64,000 nucleotides of DNA, from the NCBI GenBank assembly GCA_965603825.1, contig CBFDEM010000056.1, positions 558,001 to 622,000 on the forward strand, in the 5' to 3' direction. A program made the position numbers and the translations under genes. The notes beneath the pieces are model-generated. The model was not told where the DNA came from and made no database searches. It was given only the letters and a program-made list of their open reading frames with translations. Shown piece by piece: positions 25,701-37,440 of this stretch. The DNA is from Blepharisma stoltei ATCC 30299 (taxonomy: Eukaryota; Protista; Ciliophora). Position 1 is the first letter of the stretch; each line of letters begins with the position of its first letter.

Positions 25701-28700
25701 CAGGAATTTTTATAGAAGTCTGTTCATCTGATGCTTTGGCTGAAATTTCTTCTGCTTTTTTCTCAGAACTTTTTATAGAAGTCTGTTCATCTGATGCTTT
25801 GGCTGAACTTTCTTCTGCTTTTTTCTCAGGACTTTTTATAGAAGTCTGTTCATCGGATGCTTTGACTGAACTTTCTTCTGCTTTTTTCTCAGGAATTTTT
25901 ATAGAAGTCTGTTCATCGGATGCTTTGGCTGAAATTTCATCTGCCTTTTTCTCAGGACTTTTTATAGAAGTCTGTTCATCTGATGCTTTGGCTGAACTTT
26001 CTTCTGCTTTTTTCTCAGGATTTTTTATAGAAGTCTGTTCATCGATTGCTTTGGCTGAACTTTCTTCTGCTTTTTTCTCAGGAATTTTTATAGAAGCCTG
26101 TTCATCGTGCTTTTTAGATTCCTTTTTCTCTTCTTCTTCTTTTTTGGTAGTCTGGGCTGAAGCTTTCTCAAGTTTACTTTCTTTTGCTTTTTGAATTTGC
26201 TCACTTGTGGCTCCCTGAGACTTTTGCTCTTTTTCTGAATTAAATCCTTCTGTTGATTGAACTGTAGATGCTTTAGCCGAATTTTTGCTTTTTGTTTCTT
26301 CTTCTCCTCCTTTCAAAGATCCTTCTGTGTTTTGAAGTGGAGTAGTTTGAGCTTTACTGGGCTCTTCCGCAATAGCTTGGCTATTAGATTCCTCTTTAGA
26401 TTTTTGAGTAGGTTCAAAACTATCCTTATTAGATTTTTCAGGCTTTTCTTCTACTTTTTGAATAATATCAGGTATTGTTTTAGTTTTGTCTTCTTCTATA
26501 GATTTTTCTTTCAACTTGTCAGTAGACCCTGCACTTGACTTCGTCTCTTCAATTACTTTTTGAGCGGGTTCAGGGATTGATTGAGCTTTGCTTGCTTCTT
26601 CAGCTTTTTCTTTCGGATTTTGAGCAGGCTCTACATTTGTATTAGTCTGTTCTTTTAATTTTTTAATCGGCTCATGGATTTCTTGAGCTTTACCTACCTC
26701 TTCTGATTTTTCTTTAGAGCTTTGAGTAGGCTCAGCACTTTTCTTGGTCTGCTCACTCGATATTTCAGCTGGCTGAGAAATTGCTTGAGTTTTGGCTACT
26801 TCCTCAGTTTTTTCTTTCAACTTTTCACCAGATTCCACGTTTGTTTTCTTCTCCTCATTTGATTTTTGAGCTAACTCAGGAGTTAATTGACTCCCGCTTG
26901 ATTCTTCAGTTTTTTCTTTAGATTTTTGAGCAGATTCAGCTGATTGCTTTTTGCCTACTTCTCAATCATTTTCGTTTGTTTTTAACACAGGATCTGGAAT
27001 TATTTGTGATGTCTGAGAGGAGGACTTGCTTTCTTCAACAACAGGCTTAGCTTCTACTGTTGATTTTTTTTCATGTTTTGCCTCAGATTTCATCTCTTCT
27101 TTGTCTTCTTCTTTCGGAGCTTGGTCAGCAGCATGAGCTTGTTTAACTTCATCTACTTTAGCAGCTTCATTATTTTTTGCATCTGCACTTTTTTGCGCTG
27201 GGGCATTTTGTTCTTGCTCTTTTTCTTTTGCTATCTCAGGCTTAGATAAAGGAGCTTCCTCTTTAATTTTTGCCTGAGGTGCCTCTGTCAGCTTCTGGGT
27301 TTCTTTTCTAGCTTTAGATTCTTCTTGCCCTTGGTGAGAGGAAATCTCAGTTTGGTTTGGAACTTCTGCTTTTTTATTTTTGCTTTCTTCTACATTTTTT
27401 ATTGGCTCACTTGGAGTTGATGAATCAGCTTTTGACTTAGACTCGACTGAAGGCGCTTTTGCTTCTTCTTTTCTCGGCAATTCCTTAGAATCCTCGTGAG
27501 AGACTAATTGTTTGTCTTTTTGCTGAGAAGGATTCTCTGGAGCATGAGATTCATTAACTGCCTCTGGAGTTGGGGAAGCATCCTTGGAGAGCTTGGACTC
27601 TTCTATTTTTGGCTGCTGAGAAGTATTTTCAGGCACTTTAGCTGCAGTTTCTTCAGTTTTCTTCGTAGAATCCTTTATAGAAGTTTGCTCAACTTGCTTT
27701 TTAGAGGCTTTTTTCTCTTCTTCTGAATTGGGAGCAGGCTGGGCTGGAATTTTCTCAGGTTCACCCTCTTTTGCCTTTTGAATTGGCTCAATAGTAGTTT
27801 TTTGAGGCTTTTCCTGTTTCCCTGTCTTTGATTCTTCATTTGATGCAACGTTAAGTCCTTTAGACGATTCAGTATCTTTTTTTTCTTCTTTCTCTGCTTT
27901 CACGACTCCTTCTGTTTTTTGGGTCTGAGCTTTGCTTGACTCTTCAGAAGTAGATTTCTGTGGAGACTCTCCTTTTTGTTCAGCAACTTTAGGAGTATTT
28001 TTATCTGTAGCTTCTTCTGAAATATTGGTTGGCTTAGAAGACTTATCCCCTTCTATTTTTTGTACTGGCTTGACCCCTGTATCTTGCTCCTTACTTGATT
28101 GAATCTTTTCTTTGGTTTCTTCATTAATATTCTGAGATGTAGTAGCTTGGCCTGACTTATTATCTTCCTTTTTAGTTGGGTCTGCGCTTTTTGGTGTTGC
28201 TACAGTTTTATCTTGCTCTTTTGCTGTTTCAGACTTTGACAAAGGCATTTCATCTTTGCTTTTTGATTGAGATTTCTCAGACTCTTTTGGGTTAGGTTCT
28301 TCAGTTTTCTTTTGGGGGGTAGGAATATTCTCATTTTGCTTAAGCGCTTCATCTGATTTATGTTTGTTTTCTTCTGCTTTTGATATTGAATCATTCGATA
28401 CAGCTGATTTTTCTTTATTTTCCTCAACTTTTTTCGAAGAAATTTTATCTTTTGTCTCTTCTGCCTGTCCTGTCGCTGACTTTTGCTGAGGGGAACTTTC
28501 AATAACTTTAGATTGTTGGGCTTCTTCAGCTTTAGCAGTTTCATCAGAGCTCTTCAATTTTCTTAGTTCTTCTCTATCAAGATGCCCTCTTGCTCCTGCC
28601 TTAATTGCAAGATCGTTTATTTGCGAGCCACTTTGACTGACTTCCTTATTTTCTTCAATTGATATTTTTCCAGATGCTTGCTCAGATTCTTTTTTATTTG

Positions 28701-29112
28701 TTACATTTTCAGACTTACTTTCATGAACAGGAGCACTTTTTGGTGCTTCTGATGATACAGATTTAGTCTTTGCTTCTTCTGCACTTTCAGCAGGTTTGAT
28801 CTTTTGAGAGGATTCTTGGCTTGATTTTTTATTATCTTCTTTGGCTGTTGTTTTAGCAGACGTATTTTCAGTAGAGCCTGGTATCGCAGATGTTTGAGAT
28901 TTGGTCTCTTCATTGGATTTTTTGGATGACTCTGCTGATGTGTTAGCAGGAATTTTGGATTCTTCTTGATGAGCTTGGGATGGATCAGAAATCTTTGATT
29001 TATCTGACTGTGGTTGACTTTCAGCTTGATTTACAGTTCCAGCCCCTGATTTTGGCTGCTGGATAGATGACGAATTTTCTGAACTTTCTTTGGCGCTATT
29101 TTTTCCTTCCAT
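22786..29112 (-). CDS. Giant (about 2108 aa) Glu/Lys/Ser-rich protein with IQ motifs, tandem repeats, coiled coil and C-terminal membrane anchor
   Basis: ORFs 26962..29112 and 22786..26838 are in frame with no TAA/TAG between them and join through TGA 26962-26964. IQSFARKYL twice, IQSVARKHL once; terminal LWMLIGIGVICAIIISNLII. Confidence 0.82.
23989..24132 (-). repeat. 24-bp coding tandem repeat, about 6 copies (AKKAEEIE)
   Basis: Visible in both DNA and translation. Confidence 0.9.
25412..26107 (-). repeat. 63-bp coding minisatellite, about 11 near-identical copies (DEQTSIKSPEKKAEESSAKAS)
   Basis: Plus-strand unit GATGCTTTGGCTGAACTTTCTTCTGCTTTTTTCTCAGGAATTTTTATAGAAGCCTGTTCATCG repeated head to tail without spacers. 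Confidence 0.97.
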
Positions 29113-29393
29113 TTATAAATTGAAGCTCTTAGCATTTCTATTTGAATTCAATAATCTTACTATAAAAAAATTCCTTATTAAAATATTATGTTTAAATAAT
29201 TAATTAGTGCAAATAAAATTCTATTTTTTGGGGTTTTTTATTATAAATAAATTTAAATGCTCTTGATCCAATTTATTTAAGATATCTAAATGCCATATTT
29301 CTAGCCTAGCAAAATTTCAATAAGTTTAAATAAAAAGCTTACTCAGCTTAACTAAACATAACCCTTTTAACTATTAGTTTTGTGATTAAGAAG

Positions 29394-30080
29394 TTAAAAA
29401 AGATCCTCATTGGTGCCCTCTAGCAGATAATTATTGATTTCTCTAATTTGTTGTATCAAACTTCCTAGTTCGTTCGGGTACTTACCAACCCCAGCTTCAA
29501 TTTCTTCAGGCTCAAACCCAAACTCATCAAAAATTTCATCTTCGAGCATCCTCATCTTAATATTCAGTTCATTAGGATCTTCTTCATTTATCTCCTTAGA
29601 TTTTGATATAGTAAATTGCATTATTTCAGTCAGCCTCGCTGGATTCAGCAATGGCGATACATTTGTAACTAAAACTGTGCATACTTTACTAAACGCCAAA
29701 GCAACTTCAGGGTCATTTTCCATATGGTTATAAGAATCATTTAATATTTCCTCAGTTAACCGTGAACGTTCAAGAACATCTGCAAACGCTTTTTCATTAG
29801 CCCTCCTGGCATGGTCTTTTAAATCCCTTATGCAAATCCTATATTCTCTTCCTCCTCGATGCAGATTTCTCCGTTTCCTACGATTCAGCTTCAGCAGTGT
29901 TGCAAAGTTTTCTGAAAATGCCTGGCGTATTTGGTTAAGGACTCTTATCAAGGAAGCTTTATCAAGGAGCTTTATAGTGGAAAATTTCATTGGAGGCCCT
30001 CGTGTCTTTCAATACAGCAAGCCAAGTGCGAAAATACAAAAGAGCCCTTCTATTACATAAAGAACCTTTTTGTTTTCCAT
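29394..30080 (-). CDS. Hypothetical helical protein with N-terminal membrane anchor
   Basis: ORF extends to the ATG at 30080 through TGA 30009-30011, adding MENKKVLYVIEGLFCIFALGLLYWKTR. Confidence 0.75.
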
Positions 30081-30115
30081 ATGGAAATTAAAGCTAATTA
30101 TAAGAATGGCTTAAC

Positions 30116-30790
30116 TTATTTTCTTTTGAACACCCATTCTAAGTTTCTTGCAAGCTGGGCTTCCCATCTGTCGCCGTTATCAATGAGCTTGGTTTTGGTA
30201 AAAAGCATGTCAGAATGAGCTATGGTTGCGAACTCAAAGTTGGAAGATAATACGATCGCATCCACTGGGCAGGCTTCTGCACAGTATCCACAATAAATGC
30301 ATTTAGTCATGTCAATGTCATAACGTGTTGTTTTCCTTGCACCGTCTGGTCGAGGCTCTGCTTCGATTTTTATTGCTTTTGGAGGGCATGTGGCTTCGCA
30401 GAGCTTGCAGGCGATGCAACGTTCTTCACCAGTTGGGTACCTTCTGAGACTATGCTCACCGCGGAATAGAGGACTGAGTGGACCTTTTTCTGCTGGGTAA
30501 TTGATGGTTACTTCTGTTTCAAAAGAATGCATACCCATTGTCCAGACCATCTTCAAGATATCAGCTTGCCAGAATTTGCGATGCCAGTGGTTCAAGGTTG
30601 ATTCCCAATCCACATCTGTGCGGATTTCCAGGGGGTGAGGAGCCAATTCGTCTTTGGTTGCCCAATAATAATCTTGGTGTGGAGTGTAGTGGGGGTGGTT
30701 GCTGTCCATAGGCACTTGAGTGTAAGAGTATTCTTGCCCATCACTACCTTTTTGCAACTGAGCGAATCTTCTTATAACTCTACGTATCAT
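30116..30790 (-). CDS. NDUFS8: NADH:ubiquinone oxidoreductase TYKY subunit (two 4Fe-4S clusters)
   Basis: [28 protein letters not shown] and [20 protein letters not shown]. Confidence 0.98.
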   Translation of the reverse strand: MIRRVIRRFAQLQKGSDGQEYSYTQVPMDSNHPHYTPHQDYYWATKDELAPHPLEIRTDVDWESTLNHWHRKFWQADILKMVWTMGMHSFETEVTINYPAEKGPLSPLFRGEHSLRRYPTGEERCIACKLCEATCPPKAIKIEAEPRPDGARKTTRYDIDMTKCIYCGYCAEACPVDAIVLSSNFEFATIAHSDMLFTKTKLIDNGDRWEAQLARNLEWVFKRK

Positions 30791-30849
30791 TATTTAATAT
30801 TTAGTTAATTCTCTATTTAATTTCCATCTTAGACATAGGAATATTTGAA

Positions 30850-32013
30850 TTATGACTTTTCGTCATTCAATTTTGCAAGCTGCTCATACAGCCTCCTTTC
30901 TTCTCTTGTTAAATGCTTAGGGATCACTACTGTGAATTTAATATAATGATCTCCTTTTTTCGTCTGATGAGGAGGCAAGTGGCTTATTCCTTGACTCGCT
31001 AGTTTAACAGTTTGTCCAGGATTTGTGCCTGGTTCTACTTTTAACTTTATATTTCCTGCCAAAGTTTCGACGTCTATTGTACCTCCAAGTGCTGCTTGGG
31101 AAACAGATAATGATACTTCAGAGTGTATATCATATCCTATTCGCTTAAAAACTGGATGAGGCTTGACTATAAACTTTATCAAAAGGTCGCCAGGGTTGTC
31201 TCCGTTTTCTGAAAAGTTCCCTCCTCCTTTGATTTTTAATGAAGAACCTGTATTAATCCCTGGTGGAACTATGACTGTATCTGTGTGTCTTTCATGGGCT
31301 ATGCCTGTTCCTTTACATGCAGTACAAAACGATTTTATTATTTTGCCTATACCTTGACAATTTTTACATGTCGTCTGGATAGTTATTGGACCTTTTTGGA
31401 ATACTATGACCCCAAGTCCTCCGCAAAGATCGCATTTTACTGGCGAAGATCCTGGTTTTACTTTTGTGCCTTTGCAAGCTTTGCAAATCGTCCTTTTGTC
31501 TAATATTATTTGTTTTGAGACACCATTGACTGCTTCCAAGAACGAAATTTCCATAGTTAACACTATATCTTCGCCTTGATAAACACTTTGATCATGATTG
31601 GAGGCTCCTTGGCCAAAAAAGTCACCGAATTCGCTAAATATATCTTGAAAGCCTGTGAAGTTATTCGTAAATCCTTTACTTGTAAAATTTCCAAAAGGAT
31701 TAAATCCATTGAACTCAGAAGCATTGAACCCTGAAGCTTTTGCTTGCTCTTGTTCATCTCCTGTCATCCCAGTATTATCATAAGCTTTTCTTTTTTCTAA
31801 ATCTCCCAATGTTTCATACGCATTATTAATTTCTGCGAATTTTGCTTTAGCATCGAGAGATTTGTTGACATCTGGATGATATTTTTTAGCGAGCTCAAAA
31901 TAGGCCTTTTTTATATCGCTTTGAGATGCATTTGAAGATATACCTAGAATTTTATAGTAATCCTTTTTGTTCAGTAATCTTAATGAGCTTCGGAAACCTC
32001 TAAGTAATATCAT
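30850..32013 (-). CDS. Mitochondrial type I DnaJ/Hsp40 (Mdj1/DNAJA3-like)
   Basis: J domain with HPD, G/F region, four CxxCxGxG-type motifs, C-terminal domains, presequence-like N-terminus. Confidence 0.95.
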   Translation of the reverse strand: MILLRGFRSSLRLLNKKDYYKILGISSNASQSDIKKAYFELAKKYHPDVNKSLDAKAKFAEINNAYETLGDLEKRKAYDNTGMTGDEQEQAKASGFNASEFNGFNPFGNFTSKGFTNNFTGFQDIFSEFGDFFGQGASNHDQSVYQGEDIVLTMEISFLEAVNGVSKQIILDKRTICKACKGTKVKPGSSPVKCDLCGGLGVIVFQKGPITIQTTCKNCQGIGKIIKSFCTACKGTGIAHERHTDTVIVPPGINTGSSLKIKGGGNFSENGDNPGDLLIKFIVKPHPVFKRIGYDIHSEVSLSVSQAALGGTIDVETLAGNIKLKVEPGTNPGQTVKLASQGISHLPPHQTKKGDHYIKFTVVIPKHLTREERRLYEQLAKLNDEKS

Positions 32014-32455
32014 GTATAATTTCTAGAAATGGTTTTCACGAACTTTTTATTTAAATATGATTTAAAATTTACTATTAATTTTGATAATTTAAATGCAGCA
32101 ATCTAAAATTTTTATTGGTAATAATTTATAAGTTGATTATGAGAAAATCAATTTGGATTTTTCAATTTACCTTCCTTGATTTATTTTTTAAAAGCTTCTT
32201 TAAGAAAGCTAAAATTATTAGTAATTTACAAATTTTCTAAACAAATAAATTGCGTTCTTTCATTAATTAAAATTTATACTGATGATTATGATAAAAATAA
32301 ATTATCTATACTTATTATATATATCTTAATGAAAGTACGTTTTTATCAATGTAAATGTCATATAATAGCAGCTGCACGCCAGCATAAAATTCATTAAGGT
32401 ATTAAAATCATAAAAATTTCAAAATAACTTAAAATTCTTGCAGTTCAAACAAAAT

Positions 32456-34561
32456 ATGGACCCACGAGACTTTGAAAAAGGTTCGAGACTTCTGCCAAAC
32501 CTTGGAACTTCCACAAACGAGATCAAAGAAATTGTCCAAGGCCTAAACGGCCCTCCATTCAGTTATAATTTGACACTAGTCAGCTTTGACGAAAAAAGCC
32601 CTCAAGAGCTGCAAGAATTATTAATCGATATCATTACGAAGCTCAACCCAAAGCAAAAAATCGACCTCTCTACCGATCAAAGCGAAATCGCTCAAACAGT
32701 TGTGGAGTTCTTAAAAGTGTTAGGTTATACCAGCAACTTTGATATGGAATTCCAACGCGGGCTTTTATACGGCGATAAAAGAATTCTCTATCCAATCTTC
32801 CACTATATCATTTCTAACCTCCCCCTAATGCAAGCAAGAGCATATCTTGGCAAATTCTTGGTCACCATACACGTTCCGGACGAGTTTTTAGTGGAAGAGG
32901 ACATGAAAGAGTTATATCAAACTTATAAGGAATTGATGGCACAGTTCCAAGTAACCCACCAAGAACTTGAGCAGGTCCGCCAGCAAGCTTTGCCTCCTCA
33001 AGAACTAAAGCGTGACATCGACCAATTAGAGCTTGAAAAAGAACAACTTGTCACCAAAATTTCTAAACTGAAAGCAAGATACCAAGGAAATGAAGAATTT
33101 CAGCAGCTGCTAGAAGCGACAAGTAAGCTTAGAAAGGAGCAAGAGGAAGAAGCAATGCTAGTAGAAAAGCTGCAAGAGCAACAGCAGCATTTAGAGTGGT
33201 GTGAAGGGAACTTAATGTCTGCCCAACAAAGGCTGATTGACATCAAAAAAGTAACTGCCTCTGATACCAGTGCAGCTGATATGCTTAATTTGCTAAGGGT
33301 TGATGTAAAAAGGAATAGAGAGTTTTGCAATGAAAGGATTGGAAGAGAACTCACTGAAAAAATAAAAAGACTTGAGCAAGTAGAGCAGCTTCTTAATGAG
33401 CCTATTGTCAGCCAAAAAGACTTAGATGGTCTACAGAATGATGTAAGAAATCTGCAAAGAGAAGTTCAATTATTGGAAGAAAAAGCAAACAACGCCCAAA
33501 ATCCTGCAGAAGATAAATTGGGCGTTTATAAGCAGCAAGCCTCACTTGTGTCTAAGAAAAAAGAGAAAGCAATCGAAAAATTGAAATCCTTGGAACAAGA
33601 AGAGTCAAAATTGGAGAAAAAAATGATGCAGAAAGAAAAAGAATACGAAAATGTCAAAGGTGGTAACAAATTTATGAGCAGAGATGAGTTTACCAAATAC
33701 TCGCAATCTTTAAGGGCGAAGAAAACTCAATACCAACAGATGAAAGCTCAATTAAGAGACATCAGAGCTGATCTTGCAGTGCTAGGGAGGACAGAAAAAA
33801 TCCTAAAAGGCGAAGCAGAAGAGCAGATCCGAGAAATGAGAAACCTCGAAAGGGAGCATGGAATCGAAGGAGGCTTCCAGTATCAAGAAGAATTAGAAAA
33901 GATTTCAGCTGCTAAGCAGGAAATTGATATCCAAAAAGGAGCCACTCTTGACGAAATTGCAAAAATTGTAGAAGAACTCGACTACAAGATTAAAGAAAAC
34001 AGAGCAAGGTTGAGTCCCTTAGTAACTGAGCTGAGAACTGCAAGGGCAAGATTCCAAGAACTTAATGCTGAATATGAGTCTAAAAAGGCGCAATACGACA
34101 CGGTCAATGCTTCAGTAGAGTCAGACAGAGCTAAAATAGACGAAGAAGTTAAGCAGCTATTAGAAGAAACCAACGCTATGGAAAGCAAATATCATCTTAT
34201 TAATGGCCGCATTCAACTTGCAGATGCCCAGCTAAAACGGCTATTGAACGAACAAGCCTGCAGGAACGGAGAAAGAAAGCTCAGCTCTGAATACAACTCT
34301 CTCCAAGAGTGCTATAATATCAAGCAGGAACAGCAAACTAAGCTTATCTCTGATCTTAGAAATAAGCAAAAGATGATCAAGGAAACCCATGATACTAATT
34401 CCAGACAAGTGAAACTGTTTTCTGATTTAAGACGATTTTTAGACCTGAAGATTAGAGTAACTGAAGAAGAAAACAGAGGGCAAGGACGTGCGTTGAGAGG
34501 TAGAGATCTTGGAGGGGAAATCGGAGTTGGCGGGGTAAATCGTTTGGTATTAAATGACTAA
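32456..34561 (+). CDS. IFT81: Intraflagellar transport protein 81
   Basis: N-terminal LNGPPFSYNLTLVSFD domain, RAYLGKFL, long coiled coils, C-terminal NRLVL. Confidence 0.95.
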   Translation: MDPRDFEKGSRLLPNLGTSTNEIKEIVQGLNGPPFSYNLTLVSFDEKSPQELQELLIDIITKLNPKQKIDLSTDQSEIAQTVVEFLKVLGYTSNFDMEFQRGLLYGDKRILYPIFHYIISNLPLMQARAYLGKFLVTIHVPDEFLVEEDMKELYQTYKELMAQFQVTHQELEQVRQQALPPQELKRDIDQLELEKEQLVTKISKLKARYQGNEEFQQLLEATSKLRKEQEEEAMLVEKLQEQQQHLEWCEGNLMSAQQRLIDIKKVTASDTSAADMLNLLRVDVKRNREFCNERIGRELTEKIKRLEQVEQLLNEPIVSQKDLDGLQNDVRNLQREVQLLEEKANNAQNPAEDKLGVYKQQASLVSKKKEKAIEKLKSLEQEESKLEKKMMQKEKEYENVKGGNKFMSRDEFTKYSQSLRAKKTQYQQMKAQLRDIRADLAVLGRTEKILKGEAEEQIREMRNLEREHGIEGGFQYQEELEKISAAKQEIDIQKGATLDEIAKIVEELDYKIKENRARLSPLVTELRTARARFQELNAEYESKKAQYDTVNASVESDRAKIDEEVKQLLEETNAMESKYHLINGRIQLADAQLKRLLNEQACRNGERKLSSEYNSLQECYNIKQEQQTKLISDLRNKQKMIKETHDTNSRQVKLFSDLRRFLDLKIRVTEEENRGQGRALRGRDLGGEIGVGGVNRLVLND

Positions 34562-34585
34562 TTTAGGCTTAAGTTATAATTAGAA

Positions 34586-34894
34586 ATGGTAAATGTCATA
34601 TAGAGTGAAATAGAAGAAGCATTTATGAGGATCAAAACACATAAAGGAGTCAAGGGAATCATTATCGCGAACTATGCAGGAATTTCTGTGAAAAGCTCGA
34701 TGAGTCAAGCTGATACTCATAAATATGCTAGCTTAATTTCAAGCCTAACATTGACTGCAAGATCAACTGTTAAAGATCTGGATTCGCAAAATGATTTGGT
34801 GTTTCTCAGGATAAGAAGTAAAAAGCATGAAATTATGGTAGCGCCTGATCATGAATATATGCTTATTGTGATCCAAAATCCTGATGAGGAGTAA
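34586..34894 (+). CDS. DYNLRB: Dynein light chain roadblock (LC7)
   Basis: ATG 34586-34588, 15-nt intron 34589..34603, then [18 protein letters not shown]...[20 protein letters not shown]. Confidence 0.97.
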
Positions 34895-35119
34895 GAATTG
34901 AATATAAATGAAATAGATGAAATTCGTTTTAATGAGTTTTAATGAGTTTTAAGATAATTAAATTGTGGAGATCCTGCAGCAGAAATCAGCTAGAGGATTG
35001 CTTAAAGCTCGAGATAAGAGGAAAATTGCGCCATATTAAGAAGTTGTTAAAGGAACTTTATATTTAAATACAGCTAGGAACTTAAAAAATAAGCCAGAAA
35101 TAGCAGGATTTTAATTATT

Positions 35120-35734
35120 TTAGTTTGGCATCGGAAACATTTTTTTTCTTGGTAAATAACTATTAAAATTTGGAGATTTTATGCAAGATCTTTTGATTTC
35201 TGCTTTTTTCTTTTCCTTTTCATTTGATGAAGGACTTTTCGGAGATTCATCACGCAGCGTTGACTGAGTAATGTCTGAGCAAGTTTTCTGTCACCATCTC
35301 GTATTCGTCCTTTCTACAGAAATCGTGGTTTTAGGCCTCAATGACTCTGGAAGCACCTGACCCGCATCGACTCTTAATATAGATTCATTCATAGAGTGCC
35401 TTTTTTTCCTAGGCACCATTGTGGCTTCAAAAACAATTTGATGACCTATATAGTAGTATCCATTATTGGATAAATCCTTTTCTGCATGAAATTTTCTGTA
35501 AACAGGCCCTGAGCGCTTTCACCTAGGGCTTACTTCGTATGACCCAGGACCCACTCTGTAGCCTGTGATTTTAGAATTGAATTCATATTGAGGGAACCTT
35601 GGCTCTTTAGCAAAGGAGGGCTTTATTTTTACTGGGGATATAGATAGTGAAGATCCATTGGAAGTTATTGAGGCATTATGAAATTCACCTGTTCTCTCTT
35701 TTGGGCTGCGAAATTTTAAATCAGTTGGTCTCAT
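35120..35734 (-). CDS. Hypothetical protein with a PGP(G)xY (SHIPPO/STPG-like) motif
   Basis: ORF extends through TGA 35519 and 35291 to TAA 35120-35122; SFAKEPRF...VGPGSY. Confidence 0.65.
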
Positions 35735-35917
35735 TTAACTGTAATTGATTAATTAATTAATTAATTTTATACTTAGCCAAGTATATTAACATTTACATTA
35801 AAAAACAAATTAAATAATTTTGCGAAGCAATAAAACTATCTTTATCTGATAATTTTTGAAATCTATGGAGAATTCCTACTATAATCAATAATTTTTGTTA
35901 CTTGGAAATAAATCAAA

Positions 35918-37342
35918 ATGATGCACAGAGTTACCCTCAAGAAGCAATGATTTGTAGGTTCAAAATCTACCAACATTGAGAATTCTTACCGATTCGACGC
36001 TGAGCTTGGAAGTGGAGCATATGGGAAGGTAATAAAAGCAACTAATTTGAGTAGTAACCAACAAGTCGCTATCAAGATGGTCCAGAAAAATAGAGTAAAA
36101 GACTACAAGACCTTCAACAAAGAGCTCTCAATTTTAAGAGTCATGGTAACCTTAACTTAGGACCACCCAAATATCGTAAAGATCCTCGAAACTTATGAAA
36201 CAGACAGAATATGCTACTTGGTCATGGAATTATGTGAAGGTGGGGAACTCTTCGATAGAATTATACAAGAAAAAAACCTTTCTGAAGCACATGCAGCTTT
36301 TATTATGAGAAAATTATTTAGTGCCCTATCATATTGCCACGATCAAGGCATTTGCCATAGAGACTTGAAGCCAGAAAATCTTATGTTTTTGACGAAAAAT
36401 CCAGAAAGTGATATAAAACTTATAGATTTCGGACTCGCGAAAGAGGTGAGTGAAAGCTTAGTAATGCATAGATTTAATGGGACTCCCTACTATATAGCGC
36501 CTGAGGTCCTCTCAAGAAACTACTCATATGAAGTAGATTGCTGGTCTCTAGGTGTAATTATGTACGTTATGCTTTCTGGAACTCCTCCATTCAACGGAAG
36601 AAATAATGAAGAAATACTTATGTCGGTATACAATGGATCTTATTCATTTCGTCCAAGAGCTTTTCAAATGGTATCGAACATGGCTAAAGACTTGATAGCT
36701 AGGCTTCTTGTAAAAGATCCACAACTTAGATACACTGCAAGAGCTGCATTTAACCACCCATGGATCCGAGGACTTGCACCTCTGCCAGAAGTTCCTTTGA
36801 GTGTAGAAGTTTTCATGGATATCAGCCAATTTGTTTCGTCAGAAAATTTAAAAAAAGCTACCTTGATGTTTGTAGCCTCTAGGCTTTCAGAACGAGACCT
36901 TGATCAGCTCAAAGAAGTTTTTATCGCATTTGACAAAGATGGTGATGGGCTACTTTCCAGAGCTGAATATGAAGCAGGATTACAACAAAGTGGGATTTAT
37001 CTTGACAAATCAACATTAGACAATATGTGACATATAATAGATTCTAACAAAAACAACTTGATCGATTATACAGAATTCCTTGCTTCTTGCTTGCATAACC
37101 AGCAGTACTTAGACCGAGGGATCTTAAAAACTGCTTTTGAGTATTTTGACATGGTAAAATGTATTTAGGATGGAAATGGACTTATTACGCATTCAGAACT
37201 GAGGAGCGTGCTCAGGGATAGAGAAGTCACGCTAACTATCAAAGACCAAAAGGTAGAAGAAATGATTAAAGAGGTAGACAGGAATGGGGATGGGTATATA
37301 GACTATCAAGAATTTCTGCAAATGATGGCAGGAGGATCGTAA
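35918..37342 (+). CDS. Calcium-dependent protein kinase (kinase plus 4 EF hands)
   Basis: LGSGAYGKV, HRDLKPEN, DFG, GTPYYIAPE; EF hands DKDGDG, DSNKNN, DMDGNG, DRNGDG. Introns 36146..36160 and 37154..37168. TGA at 35948 and 37028. Confidence 0.96.
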
Positions 37343-37440
37343 ATAAGATGGAATTTATATGATCTGAAAATAAATAATAAATATTTAATATACATTTAGA
37401 AAGCTATTATCAATGAGGATTATAGTAAAATTCACCTAAA

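Noticed and set aside
25421-26194. 257-aa plus-strand repetitive ORF, or a CRISPR-like array
   Set aside because: It is the antisense shadow of the 63-bp coding repeat. There are no unique spacers and the context is eukaryotic.
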